A DNA stretch of 64,000 nucleotides, taken from positions 930,001 through 994,000 of the forward strand of contig CAJINV010000020.1 of assembly GCA_905178155.1 (NCBI GenBank), given 5' to 3'. Under the pieces are notes generated by a model. It was not told the origin of the DNA. It saw nothing but the letters and a program-made list of their open reading frames with translations, and did no database searches. Shown one piece after another: positions 12,992-24,422 of this stretch (position 1 is its first letter; each line of letters starts with the position of its first letter). This DNA comes from Amoebophrya sp. A120. Lineage: Eukaryota > Protista > Dinoflagellata. Position numbers and translations under genes: made by a program.

Positions 12992-13948
12992 TCTTGTCGT
13001 GTGTGGAATTAATGATAGTGTTGGTCTACTACGACTTCGTGGCGTTATATGGATTTCAAAAGACGAATTTTGAAAATGTACTTAGTTGTCCGAGGACGAG
13101 GAAGACAATTGATGGAATCAAACTTTTCATTAGAGAATACCGTGCTGACCTTCACGCAGAAGTAGCAGAGGACCGAGATGACGGGAATATCAGTATTATC
13201 GTTATCCTAAAAATCACGACAGTAATAAATACGAAAAAAAAATGCCAAGGACGTATTCTGTTGTAGCCTCTGTGTTTGCTGACGACGCAATTCAGTTGTA
13301 CAATACCAATTCGCATCAAACAGTGCTGTCTACCTCACCTAGCCGCCCATCTTGTGCTCTACATCTGAACACACATGCACGAGGCAAAAAAGAAAAAGCC
13401 TGCCACCTCCGCCTGCCGCGGCGCACTTTTCATTCTCCTTTCAACTGTAGTAAGTACTGGGCGCGCTTGCAGAACTCAAATAATGATGGAATGATCTTCA
13501 TTCAAGGGAATTATGAAGTCGCTGTTGCAATCAGTTGAGCTAAACACCTGCGGAAAAAACATGTGCTCCCGAGGACGACCGCGGCTCGCGCTACACGAGT
13601 GAGTTAATCAAACAAATGTCGTGAATGCATCGTCCTTGCAGTGGGGTAGTTCGTTACGCGACAGGGAACAAGAACATCTTCGATGTATCATGTGTTAATA
13701 AACTAACAGCTATGAAAATGAATGTCAATGTAAGTAAACTAGGGACGGCTTAAAATTATACCATTTGTAAGTAATAGAAGTAAAAGATGCCTTTGCCTTC
13801 TCGAAGTAGAGAAGGACAACTGGGACGAACAACACCAGGAAGTTCTTCATCTTCAGTGGCTTTTTTTTTGAACTCGAACAACATGTGCTGGCCTCAAGTA
13901 GAGCTCCAGACGGCGTCGGGGTCGCGTTCGTCGGCATACAAAAATATA

Positions 13949-15448
13949 GAGCGGGGTAACAAATTCTGGCGAGTTGTGGCCGTCCCACTTCTCACCCGCC
14001 CGGCCGGGTGGGTGACTAGTGGGACGGAACCAGGATCCTGACCACGAGAACGGCGGCAATTCTACCACCTCCTGCAAGACCTGCGGGTGTGCCTGGTAGA
14101 AAGCAGAATCAGGTGTGGAAACCAAAAAATGCTGCTTTTGAGGCTTTCAGTAAGCCAAAGCAACGGCTTTTTTGCCACGAGCCGAATCTTCTTTCTAACA
14201 CCTCCTGCAAGACCTGCGGGCGTGGCCGGAAGAATCAGGTGCGGCAAACAAAAAACGCTGCTTCTGAGGCTTTCAATAAGCCACAGTAACACTTTTTTTA
14301 CTACGAGCTGAATCTTCTTTCTACCACCTCCTGCAAGACCTGCGGGCGTGGCTGGTAGAAAGAAGAATCAGGCGCGGAAAACAAAAAGCGTTGCTTTTGA
14401 GGCTTTCAGTAAGCCAAAGCAGCGATTTTTTTGCCACGAGCTGAATCTTCTTTCTACCACCTCCTGCAAGACCTGCGGGTGTGGCTGGTAGAAAGAAGAA
14501 ACAGGCGCGGAAAACAAAAAACGCTGCTTCAAAGACTTTCAGTAAGCCAAAGCAACATTTTTTTTGCCACGAGCTGAATCTTCTTTCTACCACCTCCTGC
14601 AAGACCTGCGGGTGTGGCTGGTAGAAAGAAGAATCAGGCGCGGAAAACAAAAAACGCTGTTTCTGAGGCTTTCAATAAGCCCAAGCAACATTTTTCTTAC
14701 CACAAGCTGAATCTTCTTTCTACCACCTCCTGCAAGACCTGTGGGCGTGGCTGGTAGAAAGAAGAATCAGGTGCGGAAAACAAAAAGCGCTGCTTTTGAG
14801 ACTTTCAGTAAGCCAAAGCAACATTTTTTTTGCCACGAGCTGAATCTTCTTTCTACCACCTCCTGCAAGACCTGCGGGCGTGGCTGGTAGAAAGAAGAAT
14901 CAGGCGCGGAAAACAAAAAACGCTGTTTCTAAGACTTTCAGTAAGCCAAATCAACGCTTTTTTCACCACGGGCTGACTCTTCTTTCTACCACCTCCTGCA
15001 AGACCTGCAGACGTGGCTGGTAGAAAGAAGAGTCAGGTGCTGAAAACAAACAACGGCGTTTCTGAGGCTTTCGGCAAGCCAAAGCAACGCTTTTTTTACC
15101 AGGAGCTGAATCTTCTTTCTACCACCTCCTGCAAGACCTGCAGACGTGGCTGGTAGAAAGAAGAATCAGGTGCGGAAAACAAAAAACTGCGCTGTCTGAG
15201 GCTTTCAGTAAGCCAGAGCAGCATTTTCTTGTCCACGAGCTGAATCTTCTTTCTACCACCTCCTGCAAGACCTGCGGGTGTGGCTGGTAGAAAGAAGAAT
15301 CAGGTGCGGAAAACAAAAAGCGTTGTTTTTGAGGCTTTCAGATCCGGCCAGCTGGTCAGGATCCTGGTTCCGTCCCACTAGTCACCCACCCGGCCGGGCG
15401 GGTGAGAAGTGGGACGGCCACAACTCGTCAGAATTTGTTACCCCGCTC
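13949..15448. mobile_element. Non-autonomous TIR element with 96-bp TIRs enclosing a tandem array
   Basis: 13949-14044 and 15353-15448 are inverted with 1 mismatch. ATA on both flanks. No transposase ORF. Confidence 0.9.
14062..15340. repeat. ~133-bp tandem repeat x10
   Basis: ctaccacctcctgcaagacc at 14062, 14195, 14321, 14453, 14586, 14720, 14853, 14986, 15119, 15253. Confidence 0.95.
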
Positions 15449-15771
15449 ATAAAAAATGTAGAATCGATCGCAGAATGAAAAAGAGAGCTCGAAGTAGAAC
15501 GATGAAGGCCCGTGTGCCTCTGCGTCGTGTGGTGTCAGAGCAATACGAGGATCGATGTCGCGTAGTCGCGGTCCGATCGAAGATTCCTTCACACGCACAC
15601 GGCAAGTAAAATCCTATCTGTTATTTTGGAGCGGCCGCCGGCGGATTCATCTGGGACGACGACGACGACGACGATGCAGAATGAAGCTTGGGATCCCCCA
15701 TTACGAGATTTTTCGCGATGTGATCCAGAATGGCGGTGTGTCGGACCTGGCCGCAGATCAGCCAATGTGCC

Positions 15772-17218
15772 TTAATCGCAAAGCGCCTTGGCGTTAATTC
15801 ATATTCAAAATGATTTCAAAAGGAATTCAAAAAGTCAAGGTTTTTGACTTTCGTCTGCACACAAAAATGCCGAATCTCCGGCCAAAATGAATGAGCGCGA
15901 CCCGGGTGTGGACCATTCCCGGGTCCTATGCCGTGTGCCTGCGCGGGCCAACTTGCTTGAATAGCGCAACGCCAGCCATTTTTGCGTGTGCTTCATTTGG
16001 GAGTGTGTGTGGCTTGGAATTGGCACGGCCATAAGCTCTGGACAATGGCGCGGCCGCCCAAGATTGGACCGCCAGGGGCTTTCGAGAATTCATCTGAAGG
16101 ACACCACGCCCGCCCAAAGCCGCAGCGCATGGGGCCAGCGCAATACTGTTCCCGAGGCGGCCGAAAGATCGCCCAGATGCAACCTGTCCCTCCGATTGGT
16201 GGAGCCTTATTAGGGCCTACCATATATGCCAGGCCACAGACAAAACCAATACCAGAGCGACATCATACAGAGTGCCCATTTTCAAAAGGAAATTGGCGAG
16301 CCTGAGCAATTTCAAAAAGAAATTGGCGGCCGGAACGGAATTCAAAAAGAAATTGGCGGGGGAGATGGAATTCAAAAAGAAATTGGCGGCCCCGGAACAA
16401 TTCAAAAAGAAATTGGCGGCCCTGGGCAATTTCAAAAAATAGTTGGGAAGAAGTTGGATACAAGTTCAAAATTAGTTGGGTCAGGGATTCTTAGTATGGC
16501 AAACAGAAAAAAGTTGGCTTCCAACTTATTTCCAACTATTTTTTGAATCTGGCGAAAGGAGATTCCTCAAGACCCGGACCCTCTTGAGTTGGTTTGCTTT
16601 ACTTCAGACCCTTTGGAGTATCGGAATCCACCTTCCGAAGCGCTGTCGAGAAGCCCTTTGGCGTGAAAGCCGACCATAACGACGTCCCGCAAGCTATACC
16701 ACAACACCCTGAAAGAAAGAGGGGCAGGAAGAGGTCACGAAGGAAAAACTTTACACAAAAAGTGCTTCCGCGACAGGGCTAAAGCATGTCCCGGAGGCAG
16801 CTACAGCAATAACGCGAGACAGAAGGGATCCTGCCGTCTTTGACCCTAGAGCAGAGGTTCTAGAGGAGCCCGAGCTGGGTGCCTCGGTCCTGGGCATACA
16901 TGAGAGCGATTCGCTGTAAGACGTGGCAGGTGCACAAACTGGCGCGCGAAACCTGGCCACATTACATCCAATCGTGTGCCCGAAACAGAAACCCACTACC
17001 GCAACTGAGCGAGCGTTTACAAATCCGCCCTGCCCAGTTTCTATTGCACTAGGCCGCCAGACACAGGACGACAATCAAACGCCGAAAAAAGAAGCCGCGC
17101 ATCCGAAAAAATAAAGGAAATGGCCGCCCAATTTCACGGAAAAACGAAAAGTGCGCTTTTTTGAATTCCTTTTGAAATCATTTTGAATTGCTTTTAACGT
17201 AAGGCACTTTAGAGTTAA
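15772..17218. mobile_element. Non-autonomous Mutator-like element, 9-bp TSD
   Basis: TSD caatgtgcc at 15763-15771 and 17219-17227. ~60-bp imperfect TIR with perfect core attcaaaatgatttcaaaaggaattcaaaaa. Confidence 0.85.
16280..16440. repeat. 30-bp tandem repeat x5 (ttcaaaaagaaattggcggc...)
   Basis: Directly visible, inside the MULE-like element. Confidence 0.9.
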
Positions 17219-17620
17219 CAATGTGCCCGTGCGGAGGTGTATGAAAGTTGGAAAATTCTTTTTTCAGCTAGTACGGGAGCTCGTACGTCGGCACCATCAC
17301 TATGATCTTTATCGCATCTACTTCGAATTATGCCAGTTTTTGCTTTTGCTGGATGCGTTGAGATTGAGTTCTTTCAGTGAGTTATTTAGAATATATGACA
17401 CACCAGCACATCATGCAGGAAAGAGATACAAGAGGTCCCCCCCAGAGGTGGACGCCTCTGCTTCTTTCATGATGCAGAAACGGAATCGAAGAGCATGAGC
17501 ACCAAGATGCTCAAGAAGAGCAAGCGTCGGTTTGTAGATTGATGAAGATCATTCTGTAAGACAGTGAAGATAGCGCCGAGTTTTTCCCGTTCTAGCCCTC
17601 TCCGTATAAAAATTTCGTTT

Positions 17621-20149
17621 TCATAGGTTCATGTTGACATCCACACGCTCCCAGCTCATGGTGTTTAGGCAGTGCATCATTTTTTGCAGCTCCTGGGACC
17701 TTTTATCGCGCAGTGCAAAGCCCGCAGACACCGCTCGTCGGCCCGGTGTGTTGGGTGTGGATGTCGTCGTGTTTGTCCCTTCTGCGGCTGGCACGACCGG
17801 CCCGACGCACGCTCCCAGCTCGTCAGGGTCTCCGGAGGCCTGTCTTTCGATGTCCTCTCCAGCTTGTTCTCCGTCGGCGTTGATGGAGGATTGCTGCGCC
17901 GTAGACCGACCACTTCGCGCCGCACCAGGAGCAGCACCGTTTGGAGGCTCTAGCGGCGCACCAGCTGGCGGCTGGGGCTGCGCGGCGGAAGATGGCGGCC
18001 GCGTTCCTTGTCTCGGAGAGCAGGGAGGAGAGGATGCGGATGCTGTCGATTTTTTGCTCGCGGATGTTTTAGTTTTTCTATTTCTGACCAGCTCGTCGTA
18101 TGCCGCAAGTTTCGCGGCAACGATGTCGACAACTCTTTCGTCCACGATCCGGCTATGCAGCTCTTCCTGTTTGCGAGCCGAGATGTAGTTGTTGACAGTG
18201 GACGACGACCCGGCGGTCATCTGCAGCTTTGATGCAGCCGTCCTGGCTTGTTCGCCGCTAGTGGGCGTGCTGCTCGTCTCCGACTTTGCACCAGCTCCGT
18301 AAAGGTTGTACACGTACTTGCAGTCAGGGTGCAATCCTTGCGAACCCAGCAAGCTGCTTTGGACAACAGGAGCTGGAGGTGGAGCACCTCCTAGGCTCTT
18401 TTTAAAAGTCGTAGAAGTCGTCGTCCCCCCCCTCTTCTGACCACTCTGCTCGACCTGCTCCACGTGGTCATCGATATCTACAGATTTGGATTTCGCAGGA
18501 GGTGGGTGCGCGACCATTTGAATGCCGAGCCTCTGCATGTCGAACTCGTGGCGATATGGGTTCACCGGGCGGATGCTCCCCGTGCAGTAGGGACACAGCA
18601 CGTCATAGAACACATTGGCGTAGAGCAACCGGCGGCGAAACTGCCGCAGGGGCGCCAGGAATCGCTCCTCAGTGGCCATTTGCACCAGCAGGGGGCTTGG
18701 CCGTTCGCTGTCGCGCCGCCGCACGGGTCGCGTAAAATGGTCCGGGGGTATTAAAGCGGTCAACTCGGGCTCCTCCAGACACAGCTCCTGCTGCGTTTTG
18801 TTTCCCCAGCTCGCGAGCGTCTGCACGAGGTCATTCCAGAAGTTTTGATGCTGCGGGCGTCGGATGCCCAAGTGGGGCGTCGCGAGCGTGAGGAACGTGC
18901 AGAACTGCAGTTTTCGGGGCTGCTGCTCCAGGCGATCCTGCAGCAGCGCCAGCGCATACCGCAGGTACAGGCCCCCGAGACTGTGTCCGACCACCGAGAG
19001 GTACCGGACCGGTGCGAGGGTGGACGGGCTAGTACCATTAGTTTTATTTCTCGGAGTGGTAGGTCTAGGTGCAATCGACCCAGGAGCGGCCCCCGCCCTG
19101 CTACCTCCTTGCTCTTTCGTTTTACGCCCAGAGAAGTTGAAGTCTCTACCTGACAGCGAGTTGGCCACTGCTTCTACCGCGGCATCGTGGTAATACTGTT
19201 CAGAGTGAGCTATGTCGGTTTCGGTCAGCTTTGCCCAAATCTCCTCGAACAAGCGCTTCCCGCCGGCCGCGAGGCCGTCTGTCGTCCCGAAAAAGCAGTC
19301 CGAGTGTTTTGCCGTGTGGATTTCGATTTCTTCGATTTCCTCTTCGGTCTTTACGTTTACCCTGGGCGAAACTGCGCGGGGTGAGTACCCGATCGCGGAC
19401 CGGTTTGCCCGTCTGGTCGTGCTCCCCGATAAATCAGTAGCATTTTTGCCAGCGCCGATAGTAGTACTGGTGCCATCTTCGTTTGTGCTTCTGGGTCGAG
19501 GCGAAAATTTATTTTGGGAGCCGCTTGCTGTTGTCCCAACCGCGGCCACATCTTCGGACCAGCGTCCTCCCTCGGAAGCCTTGCTCTTGAGCACCCGGTC
19601 CTGAATGTCTAACTTCCGCTCGGCGTTCGACCCACGCTGCTCATCTCCCTGAGAGGCCTTCCGCGGGTCCTCTTCGCTCGCACGGGGAGATGACTGAGGG
19701 GACTCACGGAAAGGACTGCGCCCAATCACGGCTCCCAGCAGCATGCGGGGAGAGGCTTTTATCTTCTGTGCGATCGTTTCGTTTTGACCAGGATTTACGT
19801 TTACTATCGGCAGATCTTTGGCGTCCAGAGCCGATCTGTACTCCTTCTGGATGGCAAGAACCAGGTTGTCAAAGTCCGAGGCCGCACCCTGAATACCGTG
19901 CTGAAACACAATCAGATGGCGCACACGCGGGAGATGAGTCGGTTTGGTCTTGCTGGTACTAGCGCTACCAGAAGGTGGAGGACTGGGTGCTGCTGCAGCT
20001 CTGCCAGCAGCTGCATGATCTCGATCGTCAGCTGGACCAGAAGCAGCTCCAATTTGCGGAGCAGGAGGTCCTCTGCCCACCTCCGGACCCGTCCTTCGCC
20101 GCGGCGTGACCGGCGTCCTTGGCGATTGACTGCCTGGTTGCTCGGTCAT
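17621..20149 (-). CDS. DUF676 alpha/beta-hydrolase (putative lipase), intronless, 842 aa
   Basis: Motifs HLIVFQHGIQG, SVVGHSLGGLYLRYAL (GxSxG), FLTLATPHLG, FRRRLLYAN..D. Confidence 0.9.
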   Translation of the reverse strand: MTEQPGSQSPRTPVTPRRRTGPEVGRGPPAPQIGAASGPADDRDHAAAGRAAAAPSPPPSGSASTSKTKPTHLPRVRHLIVFQHGIQGAASDFDNLVLAIQKEYRSALDAKDLPIVNVNPGQNETIAQKIKASPRMLLGAVIGRSPFRESPQSSPRASEEDPRKASQGDEQRGSNAERKLDIQDRVLKSKASEGGRWSEDVAAVGTTASGSQNKFSPRPRSTNEDGTSTTIGAGKNATDLSGSTTRRANRSAIGYSPRAVSPRVNVKTEEEIEEIEIHTAKHSDCFFGTTDGLAAGGKRLFEEIWAKLTETDIAHSEQYYHDAAVEAVANSLSGRDFNFSGRKTKEQGGSRAGAAPGSIAPRPTTPRNKTNGTSPSTLAPVRYLSVVGHSLGGLYLRYALALLQDRLEQQPRKLQFCTFLTLATPHLGIRRPQHQNFWNDLVQTLASWGNKTQQELCLEEPELTALIPPDHFTRPVRRRDSERPSPLLVQMATEERFLAPLRQFRRRLLYANVFYDVLCPYCTGSIRPVNPYRHEFDMQRLGIQMVAHPPPAKSKSVDIDDHVEQVEQSGQKRGGTTTSTTFKKSLGGAPPPAPVVQSSLLGSQGLHPDCKYVYNLYGAGAKSETSSTPTSGEQARTAASKLQMTAGSSSTVNNYISARKQEELHSRIVDERVVDIVAAKLAAYDELVRNRKTKTSASKKSTASASSPPCSPRQGTRPPSSAAQPQPPAGAPLEPPNGAAPGAARSGRSTAQQSSINADGEQAGEDIERQASGDPDELGACVGPVVPAAEGTNTTTSTPNTPGRRAVSAGFALRDKRSQELQKMMHCLNTMSWERVDVNMNL

Positions 20150-22208
20150 GTTGATCAGCGTCGACGTGCTGGTTTAGAAAGCATAAGCAATACGTCTACT
20201 CAATATTAACTCCGACAAAATAAAATAATCTTCCTTGCGTATGGTTTTCGTGCTCTGTCTGTTCCTGTTCGCAATGCTCGGTTAATTTGCGTTCCAACTG
20301 CACCTCGTTCCCACTTTTACCATGCACAGGAACTGCTCCTGGTGGTCCTCAACTACATGGCGGGAGGACTACAAGAAGTCCTGTCGATATAATGTAGTTC
20401 TTGTGCTGCTGTTTGTGGCAGGTTCACCGATTCATCAGAACATCAAATTGTGCTACTGTAGAAATAAACTAAAACTTCAATCCTCGAACCACTTCATTGT
20501 TAGTTTTACCTGAGCAGAGCTGAGACTTAAAGTTGTACTATCAGGAAATCAAATTATGTGATGAGTTGTGACGAAGAAAAACAAGTACAACGATGCGCGA
20601 CGAAGACGTCGCTCTTACAAAACTGGATCTAATGATCACCTGGAATTATGGCACGACTTTGGAGACATGTCACACCGTTGCTCGCCTATTTTTCATTCAA
20701 TTAGAATCTAAAAAATCGGGTACTAGTACACAAATGAACATCGCCTCATTTTCACCATGCGACTAAGAAATCGATGATATGTAAAGAGGAAAACAGATCT
20801 TGGTGGGGTCGCTGCGGTTGAGGTAAATCGATGCGTCGTGGTGTGCTTATCGCTTCACAATTCTCCGTAGCACGTCGCAGCATATCTTTCGCTGATCCGA
20901 TCGGAGGAGGAGCACAGTTGCAAGTCAAGAATCGCGGAGACCGACCAAAAATTTTCGGTCGTTCAACTCAATAATGACCCACTTAACTTCGACAAACAAG
21001 GAGCTTGACTTCACTTATGCGCCTCCTACGGCTTGTACGCTGTGTTTTACAGAAGTACATACAAGATGATGAGTGGCACTGTGCACCAATAAGAAGTTGG
21101 TAAAAAAGTAGCTCGCATTTTCTAGCAGGAGGCCGAGAAACCGAAATGATCTTCTGATTTACGCTATGCTCCTGCTGAGGACAAGAATTACCGTAGTTGA
21201 CCGAGGGACGTTTTTGATATTCATCATGACCACCGAACAGGATCAGGCACTTTCGATTACACCTTCCTCCACCTCCTGTACATTCGACATTTCATCTTGC
21301 GTACCGAAGTAAATGAACGAGATGCTTTTAGTACTAACACCGAAGGAGGAGGACGTGCGGGGCGGTGGTGTTCATCAATAGGAAATGCTGCAGCTGTGAA
21401 TGTCATTCAACAACCGATAGGTGGACAAGCACAGCGGAGTTTTTAGCAAGTAGCAGATACAGTAGATACAACGACGTCACGTCTAACTGCTCGTGGTCGT
21501 GCTTGCTTTTGTTTTTCGCTTTCATCGTTGGTTATAGGTACAAAAATGCCCGGAACACGACTCAACTCTCACCCGTCAACCACATCCAAGCATCCCCATG
21601 GAGTCTCGGCTCCCTTGCGTTATATGCAGCTGAAGACTTTTTTGCAGGCCGTAGTTGGCAAAAATACCACCACGACGTCAGATAAGGTCTACTTCGGTCT
21701 TGGTGTCTGTGGAGGACGTAGCACTCCCGCACTTAAAAATTTTGCGCGCAAATAGAAATCGGTTTTGTATAAATATAAATGCAAGTGCTGCCCTCCTCGG
21801 TTTCGACATCACAGGTTTCAGCGAAAAGCAATTCGTAGATAAAGAGTACTACAACTTGCTTCGCCGAAGTCCATGATAAATACAACTAGAGCGTTGGTCT
21901 TGGTTTTTTCATTCTACGTTTTATAATTCCCGCAGCGCATGATCTTCACGCTCAAGATCTTCAACCTGCAGGACCGAATTCTACGAAAGGCCACCTTCAC
22001 AACGGAAAAATATGGAAAAAACTTTTCATCTTTGTGGTACAACTATATAATCATAAACTACTGTTCTAAATCCAAAATTGGAGCCCTCTTAGGCGCGCAA
22101 TAAGGAGCAATCAATACAACTTCATCCACGTTCTTATTTTTGTTAGCTTTCATCGTTATTTTCGTGTATTTCTACAGTGGGATAGAAGTCTTCCTGTCGA
22201 GCACATAT

Positions 22209-23751
22209 CTTACTGCCCGCCCGTGAAGGAGCAGCGTGCAGATGGTCGTGGAGAGAAGTAACAAAAAACAACACAGAGAACAGGTCAAAAAACAACACAG
22301 AGAACAGGTCAAAAAACAACACGCCGAAAAGACAGCGCTAGAGGCGGATAAGCAATCCAGAAGAAGCATTCACTTTTTGACCTTAAAATGCCGCGCTTTT
22401 TCTGATGTCACGGAAGCTGGAACTCATGCAACTTTTTCTGTGAAAAAGTCGCGAACGTTCCGCATTACAGAACTCCACTCCTCCAGGCTGCGGTCTACAC
22501 ATTTACAAATTCCATTCTTCATGGAATATGTAATGCGTGAGCAATTTGGAACGCATGAGGGATGGAGTTTGTAATTGCCAAGGCTCCATACGACACAACT
22601 CCATACCTCGATTTCCGGCTTGCGCATTGCGCATTCCATTCTTCACGGAATTTGCAATGCGTGAGGAATCTGGAGTGCGTGGCCCATGGGCTTTCTAACT
22701 GCGCGACCCAGGCGCCTCCTTCGTTTCAAACGACGTGGGCGCCTTGGTTGCTGAGCCCTAAAGCCTGCAACCTTTTGGACCCAAAAAAAAACCCCTTCAT
22801 GAAGACCAAAGAAATGCCTTTTTTGGAAGCAACAAAAAGCACAACAAAAAAAGCGCACGTTTTACAGCAAAGAAGTGCACTTTTTTAACTCGTTTAAACT
22901 GGGTCACCAACATGGGTCAGAAAACAGGTCAGAAAACACAATAAGGAAATCACAGCGTTAGGTGGGGATAAGCAAGAGCGACTTTGTGTTTTCGTTAATG
23001 GTGTTTTTGGTAGCATTCTTTAACAGTCAAAGTTGACGCAGTCGGACTGTAATAAAAAATGGCATAGCAAACGCTATGAAAAAGTGCATGGCGAATGCCA
23101 TAACCCAGTATCTGAGCGCTGGAGCTTTGAAGAGAAAGCTACAGGAACGGGAACTGGAACTTTGCCCACTTGAGAGTCGGGAGAGTTCCAGTGCCCGTTC
23201 GAAACTGAGAGCAAGAAACAGCCGCGCTTTTTTTTGATCGCAGAGCCGTGGCTTTTTGAGCACAAAAAAGCAAGCATCTTTGGAAGCGCTTATCCGCGCC
23301 TAACGCTGTCTTTTCGCTATGCTGTTTCTTGACTCGTTTTGTGTGGCGTTCTTTGACTCGTTTTGTGTGGTGTTCTTACTATTGTTTTTTGATGTGTTCG
23401 CGAACCAGCTCCCCAACTTGCTCTGTGTGCAGTTCGCCAAGTACTGACGAATTGCGCGCATAATGCTGGCAACGGTGCGCAGAATATGCGCAGAACATCG
23501 CAAACGACGCGAAAAAGATGCTTCACAGCGCGAAGCGTCGCTTTCGCACGAGTTGCGACCTTCCGCGCGCAAAATCGGGCTCGAAATGAGCTGGCGGCGC
23601 CGCTGTATGTTGGCGCCGACTCTGAAGGTCCCTGCGACTGAAATAAAAACCCACAGGCCGAATTTTCAAAGCTGCTCTTAAAGCTGAATTTTTCACACCC
23701 TTAACTTACTGCCCCGTGAAGGAGGAGCGTGAAGATGGTCGTGCAGAGAAG
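22209..23751. mobile_element. Probable decayed insertion bracketed by ~48-bp direct repeats
   Basis: cttactgcc..gtgaagga.(c/g)agcgtg.agatggtcgtg.agagaag at 22209 and 23705. Internal inverted copies of cgaaaagacagcg.tag..cggataagc and short tandem repeats. Confidence 0.55.
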
Positions 23752-24422
23752 GAACTAGTATCCTTACCAAGTATGTCCTCTACTGTAGAAGTGTATGCAA
23801 ATATATAACGTGCTCAAAAACAAAGATTCGAGTACTTACTAGCTGTAGATGTTTTGTTCAACATCGGCACAACTGCGTCTAGCTGTCGTTGTATTTCGTA
23901 CATCGCGAAAGCATACAAAATATCCAAAAACAGGGTGGTCACCAAGCAGAAATAAGGTTCGACGCAATCTTCACAAGGACTTGTCGTGCGATCCACGTCG
24001 CACCTTCCGTGCTGATAAATATGATTATTTCTATTTGCAGCTTTGCTAATAGCGCCGTATCTTCGAATTAGTAATAGTATTGCTTCCGTAAAAACAAAGG
24101 CTTGCGCTTCAACAAAATCGGTGAGATCTTCTGCGATATGGTATCAACTGTGTATTTCTATAGTACGAGACCGAACTTTAGTACATTCTTTACCTTTACA
24201 AAATCCTCACTCATGTAAGTTAAGTTTATTTTCAAAAGATCAGATGAGCCCGGTCTGGTTTTGTCCGATCTCGTCCTAGGCTTATCTTGTAGATCACCGA
24301 CTACACCGAAACCTCAAGAACGGTCCTCATCCTCGTGGCCGTGGTTTGTCTTTGTTCTTGACAAAAAATATACAACATGCACCAGCGCGAAATTGTCCAC
24401 ATTTTCATTTACTTTTTCCTTT

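Noticed and set aside
14062-15340. CRISPR-like array
   Set aside because: The variable parts are diverged copies of one another rather than unique spacers, there are no cas genes, and the context is eukaryotic.
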